Shown: positions 1 through 11,336, counted from the stretch's first letter. The stretch is 42,381 nucleotides of DNA from Bacillales bacterium UBA5732 (GCA_002419445.1 DIGC01000073.1:1-42381); one strand, 5' to 3'. Made by a program: numbers and translations. The notes: a model not told the origin generated them from the letters alone.

Positions 1-44
1 GAATTGTCATTATTTTTTCATTTCCGTATTTTTTTAGCAACTTA

Positions 45-53
45 TGATATAAT
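45..53 (+). promoter_or_regulatory. Extended -10 promoter element (TGATATAAT) for the first CDS
   Basis: TGnTATAAT at 45-53, about 40 nt upstream of GGAGG (84-88). No good -35 hexamer. Confidence 0.4.
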
Positions 54-93
54 AAATTTATCTTAAATAAACGAATTTTTATTGGAGGTTCGA

Positions 94-996
94 GTGCAAA
101 TCAATCTAGACAAAACTATCAGTTGGTTATACCGTAATGGCCGTCCTCTTGATGTTGCAAGGTACGAGTTTTTATTTTTAAATAAAGACAAAACGTCAGT
201 GGAGAAAATCTTACAAAGTTACCAGAATGAAGATGGTGGATTTGGTCATGGATTAGAACCTGATTCACAAAACCCGAATTCATCGCCGATTCAAACTTGG
301 ATGGCTTTTGAAATCATTGAGGAATTACATCTTGATAATCAGAGCGAGATTGTCATAAAGATTCTTGATTATTTGGTCAGAACCGCTCCTAAAAAGGCTG
401 GATATTTCTTTTCTACTATTCCATCAAATAATGATTTTCCTCACGCTTCTTGGTGGGGTTATAGTGAAGAAAGTGCCATTTGGGGTTATAATCCGACAAT
501 CGCAATTGCAGGATTTATTTATAAATACGCTGTAAATTCCGAACAAAAGGATTTTGCAAAAACGATAATTCAAAGAGCAATCAATGATTTTATTAAAAGT
601 CCTTCAAATGAAATGCATGAAATTAGAGCTTTTCTCGATATGATAAATTACTTAGTTGATTTAAATAATTTTATTAATCATCAGGAATTTCTTGATTTAA
701 TGCTTAAACAAATTGAAAAAAATATCGAAAAAAACCCTAAATTATGGTTTAGCACCTATTGTGTAAGACCTTTGCAGTTCTTTGATAAACCTGGTTCTTT
801 TGGTTTTGACCATTATGCAGGTTTAGCTAAATTAGAAGCTAGCATGATTTTAGAAAACATGAATGAACAAGGAATTTGGGAAGTTACTTGGAGTTGGGAT
901 AGTTACTCGGATATTTGGCCTTTAGCAAAACGCGACTGGCAATCATCTTTTATTGTCAGTTATCTAAAAATTATGCATGACCATAAGATAATCTAG
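94..996 (+). CDS. Hypothetical alpha/alpha-toroid (prenyltransferase/squalene-cyclase-repeat-like) protein
   Basis: The ORF track gives 82..996 with a TTG start. GGAGG at 84-88 favours the in-frame GTG at 94. QNEDGGFGHGLEPD and aromatic-rich helical repeats resemble QW-type repeats. I recognised no specific family. Confidence 0.6.
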   Translation: MQINLDKTISWLYRNGRPLDVARYEFLFLNKDKTSVEKILQSYQNEDGGFGHGLEPDSQNPNSSPIQTWMAFEIIEELHLDNQSEIVIKILDYLVRTAPKKAGYFFSTIPSNNDFPHASWWGYSEESAIWGYNPTIAIAGFIYKYAVNSEQKDFAKTIIQRAINDFIKSPSNEMHEIRAFLDMINYLVDLNNFINHQEFLDLMLKQIEKNIEKNPKLWFSTYCVRPLQFFDKPGSFGFDHYAGLAKLEASMILENMNEQGIWEVTWSWDSYSDIWPLAKRDWQSSFIVSYLKIMHDHKII

Positions 997-1021
997 TATA
1001 TGATAGGAGAGATTAATTTTA

Positions 1022-1984
1022 GTGACGAATATTGTGAAAATTGATCCAGAAATTAATAATCTGAATGAATTAGTCGATTTACTTGGTGTTAATGATAAAA
1101 ACATCAAGCTATTGGGAAAATTATTAAAAGCTAACATCTATTCTAACAATGAAGAAATACTAATTGATAGTGAAGATGAAGGAAAAATTAGTAAACTAAA
1201 AAAGATTTTCCAAATAATGATTGCTTTGATCAGAAATAATATTGTTTTTAATGAACGAGATATAACTTATCTATTCCATACAGTAGAAAAAATTGATAAT
1301 TCGGAAATTATCAGTCTTTTCTTAAGCCGAAAAGAGATTATAAAAACTTATAGCGGTAAACCTATCTTTCCAAAAACGATAAATCAAAAGAAATATCTTG
1401 AAGCCATAGAAAACAATGCTATTGTGTTTGGAATAGGACCTGCTGGTACTGGTAAAACCTACTTAGCTGTTTTATCGGCCTTAAAAAAGCTTAAAGATAA
1501 TCAAATTAAGCGAATTGTCCTGACAAGACCTGCAGTAGAAGCGGGAGAAAAACTTGGGTTCTTACCTGGCGATTTAAAAGAGAAAATTGATCCATATTTA
1601 CGACCGTTGTATGATGCGATGTATGAGATTCTTGGCGTAAAACAGAGTACTGATTTTATTGAAAAAGGTATAATTGAAATTGCGCCATTAGCTTATATGC
1701 GTGGTCGTACATTAGAGAACGCCTATGTTATCTTGGATGAAGCGCAAAACACCACTATAAATCAAATGAAATTATTTCTGACAAGATTAGGATTTGGCTC
1801 GAAGATGATTGTTACTGGCGACATAACTCAAAGCGACCTACCACCTCAAGTCTTATCGGGTTTGGTTAAAGCGTCACAAATTTTAAAGAATGTTGATGAT
1901 ATTAAAATCATGTATTTTGATGAATTAGATGTGGTTAGACACCCATTGGTTCAAACAATCATCAAGAGGTTTGAAAATGCTTAA
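1022..1984 (+). CDS. phoH: PhoH-like ATPase
   Basis: Walker A GPAGTGKTYLA, DEAQN, and the conserved PhoH C-terminal half. Followed by ybeY, as in Bacillus. Confidence 0.9.
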   Translation: MTNIVKIDPEINNLNELVDLLGVNDKNIKLLGKLLKANIYSNNEEILIDSEDEGKISKLKKIFQIMIALIRNNIVFNERDITYLFHTVEKIDNSEIISLFLSRKEIIKTYSGKPIFPKTINQKKYLEAIENNAIVFGIGPAGTGKTYLAVLSALKKLKDNQIKRIVLTRPAVEAGEKLGFLPGDLKEKIDPYLRPLYDAMYEILGVKQSTDFIEKGIIEIAPLAYMRGRTLENAYVILDEAQNTTINQMKLFLTRLGFGSKMIVTGDITQSDLPPQVLSGLVKASQILKNVDDIKIMYFDELDVVRHPLVQTIIKRFENA

Positions 1985-2408
1985 GATAAATCTTTTTAAT
2001 CAATATGATGAAAATAACGAATATCATAAAACTATTCAAAAAAGTCTAAAAACCGCCTATAAGTTTTTAAAAATTAAAGAGAAAATGATTATAAATGTCG
2101 TTTTAGTAACTGATCAAGAAATAAAAGATATGAATAAAACTTATCGTAATATTGACAAAACAACCGACGTGTTAAGTTTTGAAAACGATGGTTATACCGA
2201 TGAAATAGGCGATATATTTATTTCAATCGACAAGTGTAAAGAACAGGCAATTGCCTATGAACATAGTTTTGAAAGAGAATTAGCTTTCTTATCAGTTCAC
2301 GGATTCCTACATTGTTTAGGGTATGACCACCTAAATAAAGAAGATGAGTTAGAAATGTTTAGTTTGCAAGATGAAATATTGGAAATTTCCCAATTCAGGA
2401 GGACTTAA
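1977..2408 (+). CDS. ybeY: Endoribonuclease YbeY (rRNA maturation)
   Basis: HGFLHCLGYDH zinc motif. The ORF-track start at 1929 lies inside phoH. ATG at 1977 (MLKINLF) overlaps the phoH stop by 8 nt. Confidence 0.88.
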   Translation: MLKINLFNQYDENNEYHKTIQKSLKTAYKFLKIKEKMIINVVLVTDQEIKDMNKTYRNIDKTTDVLSFENDGYTDEIGDIFISIDKCKEQAIAYEHSFERELAFLSVHGFLHCLGYDHLNKEDELEMFSLQDEILEISQFRRT

Positions 2409-2800
2409 TGAAAAAATTATATGAATTAGCTAAAGAAAATATCAAAAATGCTTATACACCATATTCGCATTTTCGAGTTTCTGCGGTTTTGCAACTCAAA
2501 AACGGTGAAACAATTAAAGGCGTAAATGTTGAAAATGCTTCTTATGGTTTATCTAACTGTGCAGAAAGATCTGCGCTTTTTGCTGCTTATTCACAAGGGG
2601 TAAAGAAAGAAGACATCGAATCAATTTTAGTCTATACAGACAAAGACTATTTCGTTTCTCCTTGTGGAGCTTGTCGTCAAGTTATGAGTGAATTAATGGA
2701 TAAAGATGCTAAAGTGTATTTCGCAAATAGTAAGGGTGAAATTAAAGAATTGTTAAATAAAGATTTATTACCATACGGTTTCTCGAAAGAAGATTTGTAA
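2408..2800 (+). CDS. cdd: Cytidine deaminase
   Basis: CAERSALF and PCGACRQ zinc-ligand motifs; 130 aa. TAATG overlap with ybeY. Confidence 0.9.
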   Translation: MKKLYELAKENIKNAYTPYSHFRVSAVLQLKNGETIKGVNVENASYGLSNCAERSALFAAYSQGVKKEDIESILVYTDKDYFVSPCGACRQVMSELMDKDAKVYFANSKGEIKELLNKDLLPYGFSKEDL

Positions 2801-3693
2801 TGTTTAAAAGTGGATTTGTATCAATCATTGGCGAACCAAATGTTGGAAAATCAACATTACTAAACCGAATCTTAAAACAAAAAGTCGCAATAGTTTCCAA
2901 TAAACCTCAAACTACCAGAAATGTATTTTCTGGTATTTACAATAGTGACGATTCACAGATTATCTTTATTGATACTCCAGGAATCCATCAGGCAAAAACT
3001 AAGCTTGGCGAATACATGAGTTCAGCCGCTTTATCCACGGTTAAATCTGTCGATTTGGTAATGTTCTTAATCAACGCTTATGATGATGCTTTAGAATATA
3101 ATATCGAGATTTTGAATAATCTAAAAGGCATCAAAACTCCAGTATTTTTAATAGTAAATAAATTGGACACAATTACCGATTATGAACGTTTAAATAAAGC
3201 TGTAGATATCTATAAAAATGCTTATGAATTTACGGGTGTCTTTGGAATTTCCGCTCTCAATGGCGATAATGTTGATTTGTTACTTCTTGATATAAAGAAT
3301 TTGTTGGAAGAAGGTCCAAAATTTTATCCTGATGGTGAGATATCTGACCGCCCTGAAACATTTTTGATTCAGGAATTTATCCGAGAAAAAATTTTGGAGT
3401 TCACCCACGAAGAAGTGCCACACTCAGTGATGGTTTATTTAGAATCGTACAAAAACAAAAAGAAAATCGTTGAAATTCTTGCGACAATCGTTGTCGAAAG
3501 AAAATCGCAAAAAGGTATAATTATCGGCAAAGCTGGTTCAATGTTAAAAAGAATCGGTTCTGCAGCTAGAATTGATATAGAAGCCTTATTAGGTGCAAAA
3601 GTCTATCTCGAACTTTTCTGTAAGGTAGAAGAAAATTGGCGAAATCGCGAATTCTATTTGAAAACATATGGTTACAAAGAGGAAACAGAATAG
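2800..3693 (+). CDS. era: GTPase Era
   Basis: G1 GEPNVGKST, DTPG, NKLD, and a C-terminal KH domain. TAATG overlap with cdd. Confidence 0.93.
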   Translation: MFKSGFVSIIGEPNVGKSTLLNRILKQKVAIVSNKPQTTRNVFSGIYNSDDSQIIFIDTPGIHQAKTKLGEYMSSAALSTVKSVDLVMFLINAYDDALEYNIEILNNLKGIKTPVFLIVNKLDTITDYERLNKAVDIYKNAYEFTGVFGISALNGDNVDLLLLDIKNLLEEGPKFYPDGEISDRPETFLIQEFIREKILEFTHEEVPHSVMVYLESYKNKKKIVEILATIVVERKSQKGIIIGKAGSMLKRIGSAARIDIEALLGAKVYLELFCKVEENWRNREFYLKTYGYKEETE

Positions 3694-3703
3694 AGGTTAA
3701 TAT

Positions 3704-4420
3704 TTGGAAGAATATCGGGGAATTATTCTCAAGAAAATCTCTTATAAGGAAAATTCTGAGATTATTTATCTATATACTGAGGTTGGATTAGTTGGGGTTT
3801 TGGTTCATGGTAGTAAAACCATTAAAAGCCCCTATTTAAATTTGACTAAGGTCCTAAATCACGTGAAAGTAATTGCTGGTGGTAAGAATCTTAAAGTTTT
3901 ACGGGATGGAGAAATAATTAACAATTATTCACAAATTCATGAATCCTTAGAAAAATACACTTATTTGACGCACATGGTGGAATTGGTATATTTTTTTGCG
4001 ACCCATGAACATGATCATGAGAAATTGTATAATTTCCTCCTAAAAATAATTGAAGAAGTTAAGAATAATCTAGAGTATATTCCCTATATTAATATGGTCG
4101 AATTAAAGATGTTATATCTTTTGGGAGTTAATCCGAACTTGAATTCTTGCATTGTTTGTCAAGAAACAAACAACTTAGTATTCTCAGTAAAAGAAGGTGG
4201 AGCATTATGTACTAATCACCTTCCGGAAAAATACTATTCTAATCAGGTTCTGCGAGTAATTCAAAAATTATATTATCACGATATCAATAAACAACCTCAA
4301 ATTAGCGTTAGTAAAGAATTTTTAATTGATATCAGAAACGCTATTGATGAGTATTACGAATACCATCTGAATTATCATTCAAAGACAAGAAAGATGTTAA
4401 AAGGACTTATTGGGTATTGA
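3704..4420 (+). CDS. recO: DNA repair protein RecO
   Basis: TTG start 6 nt after AGAGGT. OB-fold N-terminus and a CxxC...C zinc-finger region. era-recO synteny. Confidence 0.8.
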   Translation: MEEYRGIILKKISYKENSEIIYLYTEVGLVGVLVHGSKTIKSPYLNLTKVLNHVKVIAGGKNLKVLRDGEIINNYSQIHESLEKYTYLTHMVELVYFFATHEHDHEKLYNFLLKIIEEVKNNLEYIPYINMVELKMLYLLGVNPNLNSCIVCQETNNLVFSVKEGGALCTNHLPEKYYSNQVLRVIQKLYYHDINKQPQISVSKEFLIDIRNAIDEYYEYHLNYHSKTRKMLKGLIGY

Positions 4421-4457
4421 TAAGTTCTTTTTTTAGAATTTTCTCTTTGATATCGGT

Positions 4458-4486
4458 TTGACTTAAATAAGTAAAAAGAGTATAAT
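4458..4486 (+). promoter_or_regulatory. Consensus sigma-A promoter of glyQS (TTGACT-17-TATAAT)
   Basis: TTGACT at 4458-4463, an exact 17-nt spacer, and TATAAT at 4481-4486. Confidence 0.75.
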
Positions 4487-4525
4487 TAAAATGAGTTAGT
4501 ATGCGAAAAAATGGAGGAAAATGCT

Positions 4526-5899
4526 TTGAAATATACTATTGAACAACTTAATGCATATGCTAAGAGATACGGCTTTGTTTACCAGGGATCGGAGATTTAT
4601 GGCGGCTTAGCAAACACTTGGGATTATGGCCCATTAGGAGTGAGTTTAAAGAATAATATAAAACAATTTTGGTGGAAACGTTTTGTTTCACAAAACAAAT
4701 ATAATGTGGGAATCGATTCTTCGATTCTTTTAAACCCGAAAACTTGGGAAGCGACTGGACATGTCAAGGGGTTTAAAGATCCTTTAATGGATTGTAAAGC
4801 TTGTAAAACAAGACATCGCGCTGATAACTTAATAGCTCAAGCTTCAAAAGGTACAGTTGACGCGGATAGTTGGGATTATCAAAAGATGTATGATTATATC
4901 GTTGAAAATAAAATTAAGTGCCCTAATTGTGGCGGTTTTGATTACACTGAAATTCGTGAATTCAATTTAATGTTTAAAACTTCACAAGGTGTAACGGCAG
5001 AGAGCAATAACGAAATTTATCTCCGACCGGAAACTGCTCAAGGGATCTTTCTAAACTTTAAAAATGTCGTTCGAACTTCGAGAAAAAAGGTTCCTTTTGG
5101 AATTGGACAAATTGGTAAATCTTTTAGAAACGAAATAACTCCTGGAAACTTTGTTTTTAGAACAAGAGAATTCGAACAAATGGAATTGGAATTTTTCTGT
5201 ATTCCGGGCACGGAAATGGATTGGTTTGAATATTGGAAGAATTTTGCGAAAGAATTTTTAAATGAATTAGGACTTAAGTCTGAAAATATTAAATTTTATG
5301 ATCATCCTAAAGCGAAATTATCTTTCTATTCCAATGCCACTACCGATGTTTTATATAATTTTCCTTGGGGATTTGATGAGTTATGGGGCATTGCCTCTAG
5401 AACTGACTATGACCTTAGACAACATCAAGAATATTCTGGTGAAAATTTAGAGTATCAAGATCCAGTGACAAATGAAAATTATTTACCATATGTCATTGAA
5501 CCTTCTTTAGGGGTCGAAAGATTGTTTTTAGCTATTTTACTTGATAATCTGGAAGACGAAATTTTAGAAGATGGTGAAGTCAGAACCTTACTTAAAATTA
5601 ACAAAGAGTTAGCGCCATATCAAGTAGCAATACTCCCTTTAGTAAAAAAATACCATACTGAAAAATCTGAAGCAGTCTATGACTTGCTAATGAAAAATTT
5701 TGTTGCTTTTTATGATGATGCCGGAAACATCGGCAGAAGATACAGAAGGGCTGACGCTATTGGTACGCCATATTGCGTTACTATCGACAACGATACCTTA
5801 GAGGACGACACAGTTACAGTTAGAGAAAGAGACTCTATGAATCAAGTTAGAGTAAAAATCTCCGAATTAAAATCTTATCTTCAAAGTCAATTTGAATAA
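4526..5899 (+). CDS. glyQS: Glycine--tRNA ligase (single-chain alpha2 type)
   Basis: [24 protein letters not shown] and class II motifs. The ORF-track ATG at 4511 has no RBS. GGAGGA at 4513-4518 sits 7 nt before the in-frame TTG at 4526 (MKYTIEQL), so the start is 4526 or 4511. Confidence 0.9.
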   Translation: MKYTIEQLNAYAKRYGFVYQGSEIYGGLANTWDYGPLGVSLKNNIKQFWWKRFVSQNKYNVGIDSSILLNPKTWEATGHVKGFKDPLMDCKACKTRHRADNLIAQASKGTVDADSWDYQKMYDYIVENKIKCPNCGGFDYTEIREFNLMFKTSQGVTAESNNEIYLRPETAQGIFLNFKNVVRTSRKKVPFGIGQIGKSFRNEITPGNFVFRTREFEQMELEFFCIPGTEMDWFEYWKNFAKEFLNELGLKSENIKFYDHPKAKLSFYSNATTDVLYNFPWGFDELWGIASRTDYDLRQHQEYSGENLEYQDPVTNENYLPYVIEPSLGVERLFLAILLDNLEDEILEDGEVRTLLKINKELAPYQVAILPLVKKYHTEKSEAVYDLLMKNFVAFYDDAGNIGRRYRRADAIGTPYCVTIDNDTLEDDTVTVRERDSMNQVRVKISELKSYLQSQFE

Positions 5900-5925
5900 A
5901 TTAAAGTTTTATAGAAAGGTAGATA

Positions 5926-7743
5926 ATGCCTAGATTCAGTCAAAAAAAAGTTGAAGAAATTAAAAACGCAGCCGACATTGTCGATGTGATATCTGAATTT
6001 GTATCATTGCATCAAGCTGGCAAAAACATGAAAGGTCTTTGCCCTTTTCACAATGAAAAAACACCTTCTTTCTTTGTCTCCAAAGAAAGACAATTATTTA
6101 ACTGTTTTGGATGTGGAGAAAAAGGTAACGTCTTTCAGTTCATTTCAAAATATAAACGTGTTGACTATTGGGATGCAGTCAAATTTTTAGCCGATAAATA
6201 TAAAATTGAACCTGATTTTTCCGAGGATATTAAGAAAACAGATAACACAGCACGATTATTCCGGATTAATGAACTTGCAAAGCAATTTTTTTCTTTACAA
6301 TTGCTGAACCTTGAGAGTGGAAGTGAAGGCCTTAAATATTTAAAATCCCGAGGATTTGACGAACAAACTCTAAAATATTTCGAGTTGGGTTTAGCTCCTA
6401 AACAGGGTAATCTTTTATGGGAGAACCTCTCAAAGAATTTTCACGATTACGAACTGGTTGAACTTGGTTTAGTCGGAAAAAACCAAAGCGATTATTATGA
6501 TATATTCCGTAATAAAATCATGTTTCCTATTCACGATGAAAACGGAAAAACTGTCGGATTTAGTGGACGGATTTTTAATAACGAAGAGAATACCGCCAAG
6601 TATGTAAATTCAGCTCAATCTGAAGTATTTACAAAATCCGATATTCTTTATAACCTAGATAAAGCAGTTCCGTTTATTAACCAAAACAAGCGCCTTGTCT
6701 TGATGGAAGGCTTCTTTGACGTTATGAGCGCTTATACTGCAGGAGTTAAAGAAGCAGTTTGTTCTATGGGGACAGCCCTTACTTTAAACCATGCAAAACT
6801 AATTAAAAAATATACTGATACCGTTGTTGTTTGCTATGACGGCGATGAAGCAGGAGTTAAAGCCGCTTATAAAGCGATGGTTTTATTAGGACAAGTGGGG
6901 CTGGATGTCAAGGTAGCTTTATTACCCGATAAATTAGATCCTGATGACTATATCAAAACCAAATCAAAAGAAAGTTTTAGAAACGTATTGAAGAATAATT
7001 TGTTTGATCAACATGATTTTGTTTATGAGATAATTGTCAATAAAAAAGATTTGACAAAACCAGCGGAAATTGAAAAAGCAAAATTAGCTTTATTTGAGTA
7101 TTTAGATAAAGCAGCTAGTTCAACTATTAGGGAAATATATCTTAAAAAATTTTCTAATGATACAAAAGTTAATTATGAGGATATTTTAGCTGATTATCAC
7201 AATTTTCAAATCGATAACGCGCGGTTGAACAATATTAAAAATCGTCAATCTGCGATCGTCAAAGCAGCTTCTCAAAAACGATTAACCAAAAAAGCTGTTG
7301 ACTCCGCAAGTAAAAAAATAATTAACTATTACGCATTATTTGAAGAATCTAGAGACTTAATCAATAGCCGTCTGGATAATGTAAGAATTGATAACAATCG
7401 CTTCAAAGAATTATTAATGACTTTAAAAGCCCTATATCGAGGTAATATCACAATCAACGAAATGCAAATAAAAAAAGATTTTAGCGATTTAACTGAAGAA
7501 GAACTAAACTTATTCAGAAATAATTCCGAGATTGTCTACAATGAAACTGAATTAATTGATTGTCTCGAAACTTTAATGGTTAATAAGTACGAGTATGAAA
7601 CCAATTATTATCAAGAGAAACTTATAACGGAAGAATTAAGTTCGGAAGAAGAAAAGGTTATCTTCATTAGAATACTAGAATTGCAACAGAATATCCAAAC
7701 CATAAGGGGGAAAAGAAATGTCAAAAAAACAACAAGTCATTGA
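5926..7743 (+). CDS. dnaG: DNA primase
   Basis: Zinc finger [34 protein letters not shown], and a C-terminal helicase-binding region. Confidence 0.93.
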   Translation: MPRFSQKKVEEIKNAADIVDVISEFVSLHQAGKNMKGLCPFHNEKTPSFFVSKERQLFNCFGCGEKGNVFQFISKYKRVDYWDAVKFLADKYKIEPDFSEDIKKTDNTARLFRINELAKQFFSLQLLNLESGSEGLKYLKSRGFDEQTLKYFELGLAPKQGNLLWENLSKNFHDYELVELGLVGKNQSDYYDIFRNKIMFPIHDENGKTVGFSGRIFNNEENTAKYVNSAQSEVFTKSDILYNLDKAVPFINQNKRLVLMEGFFDVMSAYTAGVKEAVCSMGTALTLNHAKLIKKYTDTVVVCYDGDEAGVKAAYKAMVLLGQVGLDVKVALLPDKLDPDDYIKTKSKESFRNVLKNNLFDQHDFVYEIIVNKKDLTKPAEIEKAKLALFEYLDKAASSTIREIYLKKFSNDTKVNYEDILADYHNFQIDNARLNNIKNRQSAIVKAASQKRLTKKAVDSASKKIINYYALFEESRDLINSRLDNVRIDNNRFKELLMTLKALYRGNITINEMQIKKDFSDLTEEELNLFRNNSEIVYNETELIDCLETLMVNKYEYETNYYQEKLITEELSSEEEKVIFIRILELQQNIQTIRGKRNVKKTTSH

Positions 7744-8977
7744 CAAACTAGTGGCGATTCACCAAGAAAACGGAAAACTCACAATTCAAGATATTTTTCA
7801 AAACATTCGCAAGTCAGATTCAGCTTTCGCAGATGTAATTAAAGATTTAGGAACAAGGGGAATCTTACCTGATGAAATCTTTGATTTTATCAAAAACGAA
7901 GAAGAGGATCAAAATCAAATTAGTCTAGAAGATTTAACTGACGACGACATTAAACCTCAAGATATCGATATGATGAGAGATTATTCTCGTGAAATCGAAG
8001 AAGAATTAATGAAAGAAAAAGTTTTTGATTCTTCAGTCTCAATTAAAGTTGACGATCCGGTGAGGATGTATTTAAAAGAAATTGGTAGAGTTGACTTACT
8101 GAACGGTGAAGAAGAATACGAATTAGCTACTTTAATCGACAGAGCGAAAAAAGTCAGAGAAGAATATGATTATCGTTTAAAAGTCGGTGATGTAATATCC
8201 CCAGAAGAAATGGCTGAATATGAAGATATCTTTAAAAAAGGCGAATTTTCTAGCAAAAAATTAGTTGAAGCTAACCTTAGGTTAGTGGTTTCAATTGCTA
8301 AAAGATATGTTTCTCGAGGATTACAATTTCTTGATTTAATTCAAGAAGGCAATATGGGCTTGATGAAAGCAGTCGGCAAATTTGACTATACCAAGGGGTA
8401 CAAGTTTTCTACCTATGCAACATGGTGGATTCGACAAGCAATTACCAGAGCAATTGCCGATCAAGCGCGAACAATCAGAATCCCTGTTCATATGGTTGAA
8501 ACCATTAATAAAATGGTAAGAACTCAAAGAACTTTAACTCAAGAGTTAGAAAGAGAACCGAGTATTGAAGAAGTTGCTGAAAGAATGGGAATCACAGTAG
8601 AAAGAGTTCAAAGTATTCAAAAAACAGCCCAAGAACCGATTTCTCTAGAATCACCTGTTGGTGAAGAAGAAGATTCAAGTTTAGGTGATTTTATTCCAGA
8701 TAACGATATTTTAACGCCTTACGAATTCACTTCTAAAGAAATGCTGAAACGAGAACTAGATGCTGCTTTAGAAACGCTGACAGATCGTGAAGAAAAAGTT
8801 TTGAGAATGCGTTTTGGATTACTTGACGGTAAAAGTCGTACTCTTGAAGAAGTGGGTAAGGAATTTAATGTTACTCGTGAACGAATCAGACAGATTGAAG
8901 CTAAAGCTATCAGAAAACTCAGAAGCCCAAATCGTTCCAAGAAATTAAAGGATTTCCATCACGGATCCAATCAATGA
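7718..8977 (+). CDS. rpoD: Primary RNA polymerase sigma factor (SigA/RpoD)
   Basis: Acidic region 1, region 2 [12 protein letters not shown], and region 4 [11 protein letters not shown]. dnaG-rpoD operon with a 26-nt overlap. Confidence 0.95.
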   Translation: MSKKQQVIDKLVAIHQENGKLTIQDIFQNIRKSDSAFADVIKDLGTRGILPDEIFDFIKNEEEDQNQISLEDLTDDDIKPQDIDMMRDYSREIEEELMKEKVFDSSVSIKVDDPVRMYLKEIGRVDLLNGEEEYELATLIDRAKKVREEYDYRLKVGDVISPEEMAEYEDIFKKGEFSSKKLVEANLRLVVSIAKRYVSRGLQFLDLIQEGNMGLMKAVGKFDYTKGYKFSTYATWWIRQAITRAIADQARTIRIPVHMVETINKMVRTQRTLTQELEREPSIEEVAERMGITVERVQSIQKTAQEPISLESPVGEEEDSSLGDFIPDNDILTPYEFTSKEMLKRELDAALETLTDREEKVLRMRFGLLDGKSRTLEEVGKEFNVTRERIRQIEAKAIRKLRSPNRSKKLKDFHHGSNQ

Positions 8978-9624
8978 AATCTGTAAGGCTTTTAACTGCC
9001 AGCAAATACATAAAAGGTTACAACTTTTTAGCTGATTGTGGTACTGATCACGCTAAATTACCCATTTTTTGTGTTGAAAATAAGTTAGTTAAAAAAGCTT
9101 TTGCTTCCGATAATAAAATCGGTCCAATAGAGAATGCAAAAAAAAGTATCGATAAAGCGAATCTAAATGATTTAGTTTTTCCAATATTAGCCGATGGACT
9201 GAGTTATTTGCACAAAGACATTGATGTCGTGAGTGTTTTGGGTATGGGCGGTAGATTGATCATTCAAATCTTGGAAAACGCAGATTTAACTTTTGTAAAA
9301 AGACTGATTTTGAGTGCGAATTCGGAAAACTATTTATTACGTCAATATTTACAAGATAACTCCTGGAAGATTGAATACGAAGAGTTAATCAAAGAAAATA
9401 GTAAGTATTACCAATTGATGGTTCTTTCTCAAGGAAAGATGGATTTATCAGAACTAGAAAAAGAATTCGGTCCTTTGATTATAAAAGAAAAATCTTCGGA
9501 ATTTATCGAAATGATTAATAAATTGTTAATGAAACTCAAATACGGTTATAACAAAGCAAAAACTGAAGAAGTGAAAATTGAAATTAAAAAACGTATCAAA
9601 CTACTAGAGGAGGTCATTTCATGA
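8974..9624 (+). CDS. trmK: tRNA (adenine22-N1)-methyltransferase TrmK-like
   Basis: [11 protein letters not shown] matches the DxGSDHAYLP-type motif. The position after rpoD matches Bacillus yqfN. ATGA overlap. Confidence 0.7.
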   Translation: MKSVRLLTASKYIKGYNFLADCGTDHAKLPIFCVENKLVKKAFASDNKIGPIENAKKSIDKANLNDLVFPILADGLSYLHKDIDVVSVLGMGGRLIIQILENADLTFVKRLILSANSENYLLRQYLQDNSWKIEYEELIKENSKYYQLMVLSQGKMDLSELEKEFGPLIIKEKSSEFIEMINKLLMKLKYGYNKAKTEEVKIEIKKRIKLLEEVIS

Positions 9625-10385
9625 ATCTTGTGGACGTTATCAAATATTTTGAAACAAAGTTTCCCAAAGAATTGGCATATGACTGGGATAATGTAGGTAT
9701 CCAAGTTGGAACGTTAAATATTGTCGCAAAAAAAGTTCTAATTACATTAGATGTAACTAAAGAAGTTGTCAAAGAAGCTATCGAACAGAAGGTGAATATG
9801 ATTTTATCTCATCATCCATTACTTTTTAATCCGGTAGATAAAATCATTTTTGATACTCCAAGAGGTTGGATTCTAAAAAATCTTATAAAACACAATATCA
9901 CTGTTTATTCAGCTCACACAAATTACGACTTAGCTCAAGGCGGAATGAATGACGAATTCGCAAGAATTTTGAGTTTAAAAAACGTGGGATTACTAGATGA
10001 AATAGATGGAATTGGTCGATATGGTGATATTGAAAAACTTAACATTAAAGCTTTTATTCGAGATTTAAAAGAAAAACTTAATCTTGAAAGTGTCAAAGTT
10101 ATTGGTAACGATGACAAAGAAATTGAAAGAGTTGGTATCTCTGGAGGATCCGGGTCAAAGCATATGTATCAAGCAAAATTCCGAGGTTGCGACGTATATT
10201 TGACTGGTGACGTGACATATCACACTGCACTTGACGCCGACAGTATTGGCATAACAGTTATTGATATTGGACACCACTCCGAAATTATCTTTGTTGATGC
10301 CGTTGCTCGTGATTTATCAATACAATTTAAAGAAATTGAGTTTATAAAATCTAAAGTAGATACAAACCCTTATAAGAATTATTAA
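9621..10385 (+). CDS. Nif3-like dinuclear metal centre protein (YqfO/GTP cyclohydrolase 1 type 2 family)
   Basis: WDNVG, SHHPLLF and HTNYD motifs. ATGA coupling to trmK, as in Bacillus yqfN-yqfO. Confidence 0.85.
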   Translation: MNLVDVIKYFETKFPKELAYDWDNVGIQVGTLNIVAKKVLITLDVTKEVVKEAIEQKVNMILSHHPLLFNPVDKIIFDTPRGWILKNLIKHNITVYSAHTNYDLAQGGMNDEFARILSLKNVGLLDEIDGIGRYGDIEKLNIKAFIRDLKEKLNLESVKVIGNDDKEIERVGISGGSGSKHMYQAKFRGCDVYLTGDVTYHTALDADSIGITVIDIGHHSEIIFVDAVARDLSIQFKEIEFIKSKVDTNPYKNY

Positions 10386-10410
10386 AGAGCAAAAATTTTG
10401 CTCTTTTTTC
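10386..10410 (+). terminator. Rho-independent terminator after the nif3-like gene
   Basis: AGAGCAAA / TTTGCTCT 8-bp stem (10386-10404) followed by a T-run. Confidence 0.75.
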
Positions 10411-10439
10411 TTGCTATAAATTAGTACTCATGTTAAAAT
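10411..10439 (+). promoter_or_regulatory. Sigma-A promoter of the degV-MarR operon (TTGCTA-17-TAAAAT with extended TG)
   Basis: TTGCTA at 10411-10416, a 17-nt spacer ending in TGT, and TAAAAT at 10434-10439. Confidence 0.7.
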
Positions 10440-10441
10440 AT

Positions 10442-10465
10442 ATTTTGAAGTTCAAATAATTTGAA
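10442..10465. promoter_or_regulatory. Putative operator: overlapping TTTGA/TCAAA half-sites (FabT-box-like)
   Basis: ATTTTGAAGTTCAAATAATTTGAA. It contains TTTGA-AGT-TCAAA at 10444-10456 and a third half-site, TTTGA, at 10460-10464. It lies directly downstream of the -10 element. Confidence 0.5.
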
Positions 10466-10490
10466 ATTAAAATTACATTAGGAGAAATTT

Positions 10491-11336
10491 ATGGAAAAAA
10501 TTGGAGTTGCAGTTTGTGGAAATTCAGGTATTGATTACTTAGTACATGATAAGGAAATTAGAAAATTCAGATCACTACTAAATATTGGTAGTAAAGAATT
10601 TGAGGATTTTGTTGATATTAGTAGCGACGATTTTTATGCTCTTTTAGAAAAAAATCCGGATTTGGATATTTCTACCGCTCAAACCTCAACTGGTAAATTA
10701 TTGGAAATGTATGAGGAAATGAAAGCAGTTGGATATAATAAATTACTTATTATTACAATCTCCAAAATGTTAAGCGGAACATATCAAAATGCTATCTTAG
10801 CCGCTAAAATGATTGACATTGATGTAATTGTCTATGATTCTTTATCTCTTACATATGTGGAATCTTTTATGGCTATGACTGCCAAAAATATGGCTGATCA
10901 AAGTAAATCAATGGAAGAGATTGTTGCGCAATTAGATAAGATTAGAGATAACAATCATGTGTATATTACAGTTAATACTTTAAAATATTTAGTTAAAAAT
11001 GGCCGTTTATCTGGTGTAGCTGGAGCTCTTGGTTCATTGTTAAAACTTAGACCGTTACTCCATATCAGTAAAGATGGAAAAGTTGTAACTCTTGATAAAA
11101 TCCGCACAACTACTAAAGCGAGAGAAGAACTAAAACAAAGAATTTTAAGTGAGGTTAAAGGCAAGAACGTAATTTCGTTTATAGTATATACCAACAATAT
11201 GGAAGAAATGCTTGATTTAAAAGATGAGTTAGAAACTCAAGGGTTAACTGACATATTACTAATTCCATTAACTCCAGTGGTCGGGTGTCATGCCGGACCT
11301 GGAACAATGGGGGTAGGATATATTGAAAAAGTATAA
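10491..11336 (+). CDS. DegV-family fatty-acid-binding protein (FakB-like)
   Basis: DegV fold hallmarks: N-terminal AVCGNSGIDY..., TAQTS, TLKYLVKNGRLS, VGCHAGPG. Confidence 0.88.
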   Translation: MEKIGVAVCGNSGIDYLVHDKEIRKFRSLLNIGSKEFEDFVDISSDDFYALLEKNPDLDISTAQTSTGKLLEMYEEMKAVGYNKLLIITISKMLSGTYQNAILAAKMIDIDVIVYDSLSLTYVESFMAMTAKNMADQSKSMEEIVAQLDKIRDNNHVYITVNTLKYLVKNGRLSGVAGALGSLLKLRPLLHISKDGKVVTLDKIRTTTKAREELKQRILSEVKGKNVISFIVYTNNMEEMLDLKDELETQGLTDILLIPLTPVVGCHAGPGTMGVGYIEKV

